From: Magallana gigas
Taxonomy: Eukaryota
NCBI RefSeq assembly: GCF_963853765.1
Contig: NC_088854.1
Location: 12,152,001-12,216,000 of the forward strand
Direction: 5' to 3'
DNA: 64,000 bases
The position numbers and the translations under genes were made by a program. Shown here piece after piece: positions 12,201 to 23,489 of the stretch. A model generated the notes under the pieces. The model was not told the DNA's origin. It saw only the letters and a list, made by a program, of their open reading frames with translations, and did not search any database. Position 1 is the stretch's first letter; each line of letters starts with the position of its first letter.

Positions 12201-13136
12201 GGCTCTTTGGGGTTGTCACTATCTCATTGATGTCTAGTTCATGCTTATTGCCTTTTGCTTCATAATATTGTGACATTTATAATTGAATTTTAAACACTTG
12301 TTTTATTTGTAATGATGTTAAATTGTTTCTCATTCTGGGACCTATTTTATTCAATGACACTTCTACATGTATGTAGGCAGAGACCTTGTCTTTGCTGTTT
12401 TCTCATATAATTATGAGATATCCCTTGCTACCTTCATAACTGTGCAAATTATGGACAAACATTCAAATACCAGAATGGAAAAATTCAATGTCTGTTTACG
12501 TAATTTCTTTTTTCTACAACTGGCAAGGTATAAATATTGATGACTTGCAATGATTATATTGTTCAAAGATTGATCAATGTAAGGAGCATAGAGACAATCC
12601 ATAGAAGTACCTACCTTGGGCGAGGAAGTCCTAATTTAATTTTCTAATGAGATAAGGGTACAATAATCTACATGGATGTAGTATCTACAAATTCAAAATT
12701 GTGTAGTGATCAGTCTGGTATGGTCTTGGATCTTTAATGTATTAGAGGCTCTAGTGTCAACCATTATATTTGGACATATAATACTTGATATTTCAATTCA
12801 ATTGTTGTTAGATAAATATACGGAAGATTAAAATAAGATTTTACTTATCAACATATTTTTATTTTATCAAAATCAAAAGTGACTGCATAAAATTATTCCA
12901 AAATGAAATTTTTTAATAATATTACATTGGCTTTGTTATTAGTATTTCGACATTGTTTTAAATTGGTCAGCCAGTATACTAATAAAATGTTTTGAATAGA
13001 AATGAAATAGTCAACAACAGGTTTAAGCTATGCCCAATCCGTTACCGAAAAAAGCGACATTAATTCTGAACACATTTCTTAAGTGGATACTGAAAATTAT
13101 TACTACATGTACAATTAAAATATTTTTTGTGTTTAA

Positions 13137-13300
13137 TATAGCATTAAATGATTTATTTTTGACGACGGCGTGTCAATAACTGCCGTCAGGTGAGCAAACA
13201 AATTGAATAACGCGCGTTAGCGCGTTATGATAATTTGTCTGCTCAACTGACGGCAGTTATTGACACGACGACGTCAAGAATAAATCATTAAATGCTTATA
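13137..13300. repeat. ~160-bp imperfect palindrome (hairpin element)
   Basis: Arms of ~75 bp (gcattaaatgatttatt...ataacgcgc / gcgcgttat...aataaatcattaaatgc) with roughly 6-8 differences and a 4-nt centre. Confidence 0.85.
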
Positions 13301-13420
13301 TTTACATTCCCTTAGTGATAAAATCAATTATTTACTTTGATAAATCGATATAAATTGCAGATCACGGAGGAAGTAAATTAGTAACAGCAAGGACAACTAT
13401 TTTTATAAAAACCGGTTTAA

Positions 13421-14237
13421 CGAGGCCGGGTCTAATTTGTTCTGCCCTAGATTTTTGAATGAATTTTTTTACATGAATTTCCACTAATATAATTATTATT
13501 TTAAGATAAAAAAATAAGACATTTACCATACCGTTTGTTTAGGGGGTCATCTCAAAGTTTGTTAATTTTTAACATAGAACCCTATGGGATTTTGCTTGAA
13601 ATGTATCAATTTTGCACATTTTTTACATTTTTTAAAAACTTCTGCCCTAGGGATTTCTTTTTCTGTTCTACATATTTAAGTTATTGCTAAAAGGCATCAA
13701 ATGGTCAAATAAAAACAACCTTTTACCTCCTGGTTTGATCCAGGGGTCTTATCAAAGTTGATTTTTGCATGCCCAATTCCCCGGATTTGTCAGATAATGG
13801 CTATTTTTTATTTGACAAAGGCGGAAATGGTGATCTTAATAGTATTATTAAAACATTCAGACATATTTAAGTAATAAATAAATATATAACATCATATATT
13901 AAGCGTCATTAATATAAAATACATGGTTACTGTCTTGAAATATATGAATTAAGCTATATTTAGGCGGGTAAAGAAAACGTGACAGAGGGCTAGGCTTGCT
14001 GAACCCTCTTCACGTTTCCAACCCGAGCCCAAATATAGCTTATACTTCGAGACAATTAATTTTATTCCACAAAATAACATTAATTTTACGCATCAAACGA
14101 GCTATTTTCAACAAATTTCGCTGAATATCTGCAGTTGAAACTTTCACGCCATGGCGTCAACCAAGCAAAAAGATGACGTCACAATACAAATGAAACGCTG
14201 CGCGAAAGCGTGCGTACTCGTTCTGTACTCGGCCTCG
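13421..14237. mobile_element. Possible TTAA-flanked element containing a ~90-bp palindrome (13950-14042)
   Basis: ttaa|cgaggccgggt ... actcggcctcg|ttaa (10/11 TIR); the short TIR could be chance. Confidence 0.4.
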
Positions 14238-15054
14238 TTAATCTGATTATCACATAGACTGTTCAGTTGAGATCGAAGAGCATGAAAATATAATCCATGA
14301 AAAATAACTCTTGAAATTTTGCTTTTAACAATAAAATCAACTTTTTTATTGAATAATTGTAAACATGGTGCTTTGACAACATGTATAAAATATATTTTTT
14401 TAACCGGTAATACAGAAATCACTGTTTGGAAACTACTTAGATAAATTACCTGTTAATTCATACGCAGTGATAAGTTGTTGCATTTAGAGGCATTTAAACA
14501 TCACAAAATTTAATGGAAAAACACAGTAGAATGTAAATATTTAAGTGTCCACACTAATAACTAAGAAAATAGAAACATTTTGAAAACAATTATTCAATTA
14601 CAGTTTTATTAGAAATTGAAAGACGAATCAACTAGTTCTTGGTTAGTGTGCACATCATTTAAACACACAGGTGTCCTGCTATCTCAAAGCAAATTAGACA
14701 TTTATTTGTTTTTTACAAAGAAAGGACCATGCAAAATAAGTGATCAGCTATGATGATCGCCTCATAAGTCGTCTGATGCAGCACATGCCTTCTTATCTTT
14801 GCCAGGCTAAATTGTCCATCCTGGCCTTTTCAAGATTCATATAATGTCTTTAAATATCTCATGATCTCATGAATAATTATTGTTATCCACATCCAGGCAA
14901 GTTATAATTGCATTGAACGCCAATATTAATTACTTTTAAATGTAGTCATGCAAATAACTTTTGCTTAAACATGCACATTACAAATGCATAGCACAAGTTA
15001 ATAGCAAAGATGAAAAATTAAATTACATCATTTTTTACCACAATGTAAAGGTAA

Positions 15055-15240
15055 AGGTTTAAAGGAAGTTGGGTGGATAAGGCGTGTAAATTACCTACAC
15101 AAGGACGGATAAGGTACTGAAAATTTAAAATGTCAACAAGAATGATTTTTTTTCTACATTCAGAACAATGTTTATTCAACATAACTATAAATACATGTAT
15201 GTCTAATACTTGGAATTTGTTGATTTAAACTAACGTATGC
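15055..15240. repeat. Old dispersed repeat, related to about 54530-54720
   Basis: Shared co-linear words ggtgg(g)..ataaggc.tgta...gga..gataag...ttgatttaaact..cgtatgc at both loci. Confidence 0.45.
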
Positions 15241-16493
15241 TTTCATTCATTTGTTTAAAACTTAAATGCATTTTCTTTTTTTAGAGTCGGTCTGTGCTCC
15301 ATATTTTTGTGCAGTCTAAATAAAGTAAACTTTTTAGAAAAATATTATCTGTCCGTCAAGTAGTGGCAAAAGTCGCATATAGCAATTAAAGAACGCACTT
15401 TGTTGTGACTGAATTGGATCAGTCATTAAAGAATCAGACATTGGGTAACCTTATATTACTAGTCTTTTTAAGGTTGTGGGTTTGATACCACCAAGGTTTG
15501 AGGCATTTGCTTTTCTTTTCGTTTGTTAAAATATTCAAAACTTATTAAAGCTAAAAAAAATTTGCAAAGTTGTTTAAAAACATTATCGAATATATTTAAT
15601 TGGAAAATTTTTAATTTAAAAGTGTATTTTACGACTAAACCAAATGAGCATTAACGCTTTCTAATTCCACATCTCCTTTGGTCATGAATACCTTAGTTGT
15701 TTAAAGAAGAAGCTGAAAAACTTCAAACGTTAACAGACGACGAAGGTCAGGCAAAAGTAGGTCACTCGAATCAGACCTAATAAAAGTATAGAAAGAGAGC
15801 TATGGTAATTTAGAACAACAATGTTTCTTAGTCTTTACTCTGAAGTCGGAGACCCGTTTTTGGCAATGTTCCGAAGTCAATATTCAGAAATCAAGAATAT
15901 GCAAGTTGTTTTTTCTTAAATCTTTGAATTGGGTGAAACTAAAAAATAGTGTTTGATGCTGCAGATACGGTTACTTGGTATTGTTTGGCAATGTGCAGGG
16001 TTACCGTTATGATAGCCCGCCTTCTGTTAATGGACATTCATACGGAATCTTTAATTATTTTATGTATATTAAATGCATATTTATCATGCAACTTTCCAGT
16101 AGATGTTGTAATTATTGTTGTTTATCTTCTTATTATTGTCAGTTTGTAAAAATAGAGAAATTTGCATTTTTGTGTTAGTTTTTTAATTAAAAGAAATACC
16201 GTCCGCGGACCAGTCAAACAAGTACTAAAATATTTTGTGTAAGATATGGTCAAAAATTCTTTGGAAATGAGGAATGACATAATTATAATAATTCAAAGTT
16301 TTAACGAAAAACTAAGATACAAATGTCTGTATTTATTTTTTAATATTAATCCACTTATTAACACTCATTTAACGAATGACAGGATACATCTCAAACTCGA
16401 AAAATCTAAATTAACAAAGACAGAAGAACAGTGCTAAAAAATATGGAAGGTGATAAAAACTTAACAAAATGTAAATAGAAGTTATGTCTATTA

Positions 16494-16661
16494 TCAATTA
16501 TGCAACTGGTTCTCTGGAATCCAGAGGACATAAACAGTCCAGTATATGATGTTGAAACCAAAGAAAGCAGTGGGGAAAAGTATTCGAGAAATTTTGTCAA
16601 CTCTTCTTGCATTGTCTCGACTTTTCTTTGTTATTTCAGGATTTTCTACGTTAGCCTCTTC
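16494..16661 (-). CDS. Gene B exon 8 (M4, stop)
   Basis: 168 bp, EEANV...[30 protein letters not shown]...TGA; the ORF track shows other frames here. Confidence 0.9.
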   Translation of the reverse strand, partial: EEANVENPEITKKSRDNARRVDKISRILFPTAFFGFNIIYWTVYVLWIPENQLHN

Positions 16662-19600
16662 CTGAAAACAAACGACGTTTACATATTTAATACCACAGAA
16701 TGAATTATAACACCTTCTTTTCTTATCAATGATTCTAATGAGAGAGTGTTGTCAAATTAATAAAATTGTAGAATTTGGTATTCAATCTACCAGAGTAAAA
16801 ATTTTAAAAAGTTAATAAATCTTTTATTCGTTTAGAGGTTAAATATTACAAATCTTTTTCTCTGATCTATGTACAAAACGCTAAAGAGTTAATAACATAC
16901 CTTATTGTGTATAAGTAGTGGTAGTTTATTCAAAGATAATCTGCGTTGTTGAACCCTCGCTTTGACATTAACAATAGAAAATTCGATCAAAGCAGTGAAC
17001 ACAAATAGAAGACATGTTGCCATCCAGACGTCTATGGCTTTTATGTAGGACACACGAGGAAGAGTGGCACGTGCCCCTGAACTCTGGGTAGTCATGGTGA
17101 GAACAGTCAACAATCCTAAGGAAATTCGAGCTGGAACAGCGTCTATGTTTAACCAGAATGAAACCCAAGACAGGCAGACAATAAGAAAACTTGGAACATA
17201 CACTTGGATTATGTAGTATCCATAGCTACGGCTCATTTCAATGTCGATACCCAAACATGTGAATGTGACTGCAAATATAAAAAACGCATGTTGGAGAACC
17301 TTGTTTATTAAGTTTAAAATTGTGTAAACCAATATTGTAAATGAAAGAAAGAATTGATAGTAAGTAGAAAGATGTGAGTTATATTTACCAGTGGAATTAC
17401 CATTTGAGTATGTGATATCACAAGTGTGATTGGTAACGTGCCCTATGCTGAACTGCGGCAAGGTAAGGTTTGGTTTAGTTAACAACGGAACATCGTTCCA
17501 TTGAAATGTTAGCGTGTCGGTACTATAACCAACTAGAAAGAGACATTAAAAATTATAATACAGTATCTTGTCAAAAGAGCTTAAAGGTAACATTTCGTAA
17601 TCTGCCAGCCGCAGATCATCAGATCAAACGTTTTGTTTCTCATGATAACTGGAGTCTTGATTGCTTGCAACGTAACGAATTTAGTTCTTCGCATCTAGTT
17701 GCTGATTTGCTGACATAAATATACATGTAATTTACCAGTCCAAGTTTAGGTAAGATAAAGACAATTTAAGGAAAAAATTGTACAATGTCTACTTACTGAA
17801 GAAAAATACCTTAAAGAACTTTACACGCTCGTAAATTCAAACGTTGTTTACTCCTTTCAGTTTAGGGAAGATGTTATACATGACAATAAATGAAAATAAG
17901 CAAATGATAACACAAATTCAAATAACACTAATTTTATCATATGAAAGAAATCTATATTAGATATTTATGAATTGCATTTACTTACAACTTTCCATCTGCA
18001 TAGAACATGTCTGTTGATCTAATGGGTACTTTTGTAGATACATTTGACAAGAAAAAGTTCCTGTTACCCTGCAAAAAAGCATATTAAGGCTCACCTAGAA
18101 ATTTTAAAACGGAAAAAAATAAAATTTATGAGAAATGTAACAATCTCTATAAAATGAAATGTTTCATCATTCAAAACATTGATCACATTTTACTATAGCT
18201 ACACCAATTTAAACTTTAAGAGAAACTATAAAATTTGGTCGCTGCTTATTATATATTATAATCATTTATTCAAATGACGCCAACATTTGTATCGCCGTAT
18301 TTTACAAATATATTCATTTTATATAAACGATCTAATGAATATGACCGTAAGCAAACTAGTACATTGTAGTCTCCTCTAGCTACAAATCATTCTGTAAATA
18401 AAAGCATAAGCATTTTAAATTTCCATTCAAACACTGGCATGACTAAGACACGTAAATGTACAATCCCCTTAGAGCACGTTCCGGTGCTTTTTACAAGACA
18501 TTTGACAAGAAAATCTTTCATCTCGCTTGCAATGCTAAATTCCCGTAAACTTGTGCAAAACTATTATGTGAAAATAACGGGTACCACTTGAAAACGTACG
18601 ACAAAAAATTCGTCTGATTTATTTAAAAAGTACTAGTACCTCATACTATATACGACCAGACCATCAGGGTACAGATGCATAAGTTTATTGGGTACCGTCA
18701 CTGCATGAACCTCGGACTTTTTCTCGTTCTTGATGTACAGGTCTGGGATCCACACCTTGGACATTACTCTGTTATCTAACTCAACCTTAGAGAAGTTAAA
18801 CCGTTCTGCATATGCCAGTCTGTCGTCATACCATCTTTGTCGGAGGAAGAAACTCATCTTAAAATCCTGTGTTGAAATGAATTATTGTGTGTCATAATTG
18901 AAATTGTCAAAATTTTAGGACAACCAGTCCCTTCCTCAGAACACAAGAAATAAATAACATGGGATAAAAACAAAGGAAACAAAACCTAGCACTAAAACTT
19001 ACACTACTAAAGAAGCCATAAAATGAACATCTTCATTTTAAACAGTTTTGATTAACAGTGTGAAAGAGAGTGATAGCAATGTGACCGATCGCTCTGGAGT
19101 TATCAATCGGCTGCCAACTTTACACTCAATTTGGTTAATAAGCTAATTATATTGACTAAGGACTAAGGAAACTGTAAATGAAACAACAACTACATTTAAT
19201 CTAGTTTTGAATATCAAACTTGTTTTTTTTTTCATTTTCACATTTTATCGTTCTATTTCAGGCCACTATTATTGCATGTCCAGAAAGTATTCTGTATGAC
19301 TAAATGAGCCCGACTTCTAGTATCCAATATCTTTGTGGAATGGTATTTCAGTAATAGTTGACTGATTCCCAATCAATAGATTAACAAAGTTTATTTGAGA
19401 AAAAAGTCGTGACCATGTAGACAAATTAACCGATATACATGTATGACATTTTCCGTTAGGTGTAAGAATAACAGTCCATTTTATATTTAGATCTTTCTCA
19501 AATTAATTTTTTTTTTTGGCTAAAAAACTAAAACTAGCGCAAGTTTTGTGCTCCGCGCGTAAATTGCAGTTTAAAAAAATATATTGTTGGCTCTGTAGCT

Positions 19601-22600
19601 CCAAGGTCGTCCATCTGAATTTTTCAGACCGGGAGGTACAGACCTTCAGCTGGTGCATACCGAGAGTCGCCATTTGTACATGTAAACAAACTATACTCTT
19701 TTACTTTAAGTGGGCTGGTAATGGCGTTTTAAAGAACAGTGTCGATACCAATGGTAAAATGTCCGATGAATTTTTGGAATCGAAAAGAATTTGTACAGCA
19801 AGATAAATCTGCTCACAAAAGCGCAAGTTTTTGTGTGCCGTAAAATGGCATTAAACTCTTATTACCTTTGGGATATAACTGCTATGCTTTCATTGTTACA
19901 GACCAGAGTATTGACTTGTGTCTGCCAATGGTTGGATCTTTTCAATTATTTGATCACACTTAACTTACATGTATTTGTTTTATTATTGACTTACCAACAT
20001 CAAAAATGTTAAATACATGTACATATGCATTCACACTCTTGATACAATTCAAGCTTTCCGCATAAAATAACTTTTCAAAAATCTATTTTATTGAACAAAT
20101 TGAGCATGAAATAGTTTTTCGTGTTTTCAAACGCTCTATAGTTCAGAATTACCATGGTACTGTCGCTGATTGAGTCAATTCCAAGTATGTACAATTGTAT
20201 GGTGTTCAAAACTGGTTTTCCTACAGATAAAAGAACAAGAAATCACTTCTCTGAAATAAAAACAGAAATATTTTTCTCGTCACTCAAATCAATTCTCTTA
20301 AAAATTGCTTTGCATTGAGCATTTATAACTTCATTTAAAATTAGAATAATTATTTTAGAAAAGAGGTTGTGTTTTGTTTTATGAATGTTAAGCGTTTGTA
20401 ATATTATTTCATCAATCTAATAAATTCAAATTAATGCAACTATCGGCACTATTTATGACTAGGCCCAAGGGGTGGAAGGGGGAGGTTGTAAAATCAAAAG
20501 TCCAAAGAAAATACAAAACGGGAGCAGAGCAACCACAGACCTCTTTAATAAAAAATAGAATTAGGATCAGGTGCCTTGGAGGAGTGAGCATCCTCTGCCG
20601 ACCGGTCACACCCACCCTGTGCTCTTTGTAGTAATCGGGGGAGACGGAAAAAATCCGTAGACAATTAGGTTATTAATTACGGTCTAATGATAAATATAAA
20701 AAACGTCAGTCAGCAATTGTAGGTTGTATTTGCTGACAAGGTCGTTGTATCGACCATATAACTAACGAAAAGATGACTTCAATCGCGACTGTTGAAAGTC
20801 CTGCTTTATCAACTTGTTTGTTGGTAGCTTGCCTTGTCTGAGAAAACGTTTATACGTAGAGCATGCCCTTGCGTTTCTAATTAACTGAGAAATAAAAACT
20901 ACATATGCAGGTGGGGAAGGAATATTGCTACTTAAGTCAGGAATGTTGACTTAAAATTAAAAGTCATCACGTTTATCATAAAGTAATGAAATAAGTTTAC
21001 TGGATTAAGAATAGTCTTATTTAAGTCAGTTGTAGGAAACAATATTTTTCAATGTTTATCTTCATATTTCATAAATTGTTACCGTCTTTTTAAAAAAACA
21101 TTTAATAATGATTTGCAGTACTGACTTTACTTGAAAAATAAATGCATACGAACATAGTTTTTGTAATAATTATCATTTGGGGTGGTGTACATACATAAAA
21201 CAAACTTATAGCCATACTTAATTGTACAAAATCTACTGTAAGTAGCAGTAATGCGTTGTGCGCCCATACACTTAAACAGGTTCGGTCTTATTACCTGTAT
21301 TTGTTATCATCGTTTGTCACCTTCCGTCTATTCAATACCTTTTTTCTACAAGCTCAGGTTTCAAATATTTATAAGCAATTAATAAGGAAATTGCTTTCAG
21401 TAAAGCACATTGACTATGTTTTTACCCAAACAGCAATTTGTGCCATTACAAATTGTTCAACGTTTCAGTTTATCTGAAAGAAACCTATTGAATTAAAACT
21501 GTCTCCCTTTTAGACATTGAAAGCTATCGGTAATCATAAGGCCTTTGGGACACAAACCAACTACAACATAAAACAAATTCGGATGCTTTTAGCTCTACGA
21601 GTTAGTTTGATTAACTCAAATCAAATTTCTCAGTATCTTTTACATCAATTTGCTAAAGCATGTAAAATTACCATTCATATATTGGAAAGAAGGGGTCGGG
21701 TACACGCTCTGTTGTATACATGCAGTGTATCTTTTTTTTTTCAAGTAACTTATATTACCGTCGTGCATTGGAGGGATTCTAGGATCGTAGTCTTCATTTA
21801 GGATGACGTCAAAAAACTCGTGTCTGAAAAATTAGCATTAGATGCATTACAGTTTAACCGTGTCTTTTCCTTAAAAATTGTATATCTAATCGTCTCCGTG
21901 CACACGTTTTTCGTTACTCAAGTACTTCGGGGCACTTAGTTATTGTATACCCGTCCGCCAATGTTAGGTACAATGTTTAAAGCATCAATTAAGTGAAGTT
22001 ATATTTAATATAAATTAATTTCGGGTTATAATTCCCATGACCTTGGAATCCCATTCATTTGGTACAAAACAAATTATTTAGAATTTCTGATCAAAGAGAA
22101 ATCTTTGTTTTTATTAAAACTGAGGAAAAATTTTGATGTTGATATTTGACATTTACATCTAAAAAAATTATACGCGAGTTGAAGTCTCGTATTTAATAGA
22201 TTTAATGTTTATAAGCAGTTATTTACTTTACGCACGGTTTATCGTATTCTTATCTGACCAATAAAGATACATGTATTTCTTTGGTATTTTTTGTAAATAT
22301 TGTCCGAATTATTGGTATCATTAAGATGGTAAAGAAATAGTTTAATCAACAACATTTTTTTGACTGTTGTTCGATCCATATTCATTCACATATTTCTGTG
22401 TATCTTTCTAAATAAAATGCTTCTTAAACTAAGAACCTTTTAAAAAACCGTCTGAAAAATACGGCTGTCTTAGTTTTTTCCACTCGCTAAGAAAGAAAAG
22501 TTCCAAGATCTTTGGAGCGGATTATAAAACCTTTTGTGCGGAAATGTTGGCGTGGAAAGAGACGTACTAATTTATACACCAAATTGTTTTGCAATAGGTT

Positions 22601-23489
22601 ACTGCTTTGAAGAAAACAATTAGTCTCGTCTTCAGAATAACAATGCAAGTTCTTAGCCAAGGTAAAGAAAACATGATATATTTTGCCATCACGTTGTTGT
22701 TCATCAACGAATCGTTTTACACGATTGTGAGTAACAATAAGTTAATGATGGTGAGAGCCTTTGAATGAAAATATTATACGCATTGTGTTGTGTCTTGTGT
22801 TTCATATTCATATCTTACAAACCAATATAAAATTGATGATCGATATGAGTTTAAGTAATATACAAGTAGTCTTTGGGGTGGCTCATTTCAGTATCATGAA
22901 ACACAAAGAAAATTCTTAAACGGTAATTACAGATCGCTATATACTTTACTGTACATAGCTTCCATCTGGGTTCCGTCCAGTTAAACATTTTTTTCAATCA
23001 GTGATAATAAAAGGGTATTGAAAAATGTGTACGAAAAGTTTCTTGATTCTTCAGCTAAGCAGTGCAATAGGATATTATCTCGTTAGATTAAAGATAGTTT
23101 AAATCGATAGTCTCCTAAATTTTATGTACCTATACATGCGACGTTTGAGTAGAATGACATTATTTTTTGGAGGACATGATCAGAATATTAGTAAACACTT
23201 TTATATTTTATAATGTCATTTTTTCTGTTTGCTAAACAAACAGAAAAAAGTACATTGAATCCTTGAATCATATCCAAGTTCCTTCCGTTGTAAGATTCTT
23301 TTGTAAATTCAAACTTAAATAAATTTAATTTATTTAATTCATTTTAAGATTACATAGAACACAATTTAAGTCGCAGTTTATTTTCTGCACTGTTTATACT
23401 CACCGCTTGCTGAAATTTGAAGCTTTTGACTCTAGAAGAATACAAAAGAGCACCAGAATGAAACAAGTCATTTGCATGATGGCAGCCAT
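16494..23489 (-). CDS. Gene B: complete Cys-loop ligand-gated chloride channel subunit (glycine receptor alpha/GluCl-like), 398 aa
   Basis: Eight exons: 23404-23489, 21759-21823, 20153-20220, 18640-18866, 17986-18068, 17401-17532, 16901-17268, 16494-16661. They sum to 1197 nt, open from ATG to TGA. The protein has a signal peptide, the Cys-loop [15 protein letters not shown], a second loop-C disulfide, M2 [20 protein letters not shown] and M4 [13 protein letters not shown]. Confidence 0.93.
16901..17268 (-). CDS. Gene B exon 7 (M1-M3)
   Basis: 368 bp, TFTC...[11 protein letters not shown]...[17 protein letters not shown]...KAIDVW...; donor AAG|gtatgt. Confidence 0.95.
17401..17532 (-). CDS. 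Gene B exon 6
   Basis: 132 bp, [12 protein letters not shown]...LPQF...CDITYSN; a second in-frame donor would end the exon at 17389. Confidence 0.88.
17986..18068 (-). CDS. Gene B exon 5 (Cys-loop)
   Basis: 83 bp, [27 protein letters not shown]. Confidence 0.93.
18640..18866 (-). CDS. Gene B exon 4
   Basis: 227 bp, [12 protein letters not shown]...PDLYIKNEK...VVYSMR. Confidence 0.93.
20153..20220 (-). CDS. Gene B exon 3
   Basis: 68 bp, [22 protein letters not shown]. Confidence 0.9.
20520..20950. repeat. GC-richer interspersed repeat fragment in gene B intron 2
   Basis: atcaggtgccttggaggagtgagcatcctctgccgaccggtcacaccc resembles an abundant oyster repeat as I recall it; there is no second copy in the window to confirm. 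Confidence 0.3.
21759..21823 (-). CDS. Gene B exon 2
   Basis: 65 bp, [21 protein letters not shown]. Confidence 0.9.
23404..23489 (-). CDS. Gene B exon 1 (signal peptide)
   Basis: [29 protein letters not shown], donor CG|gtgagt; splice acceptor immediately upstream of the ATG. Confidence 0.85.
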
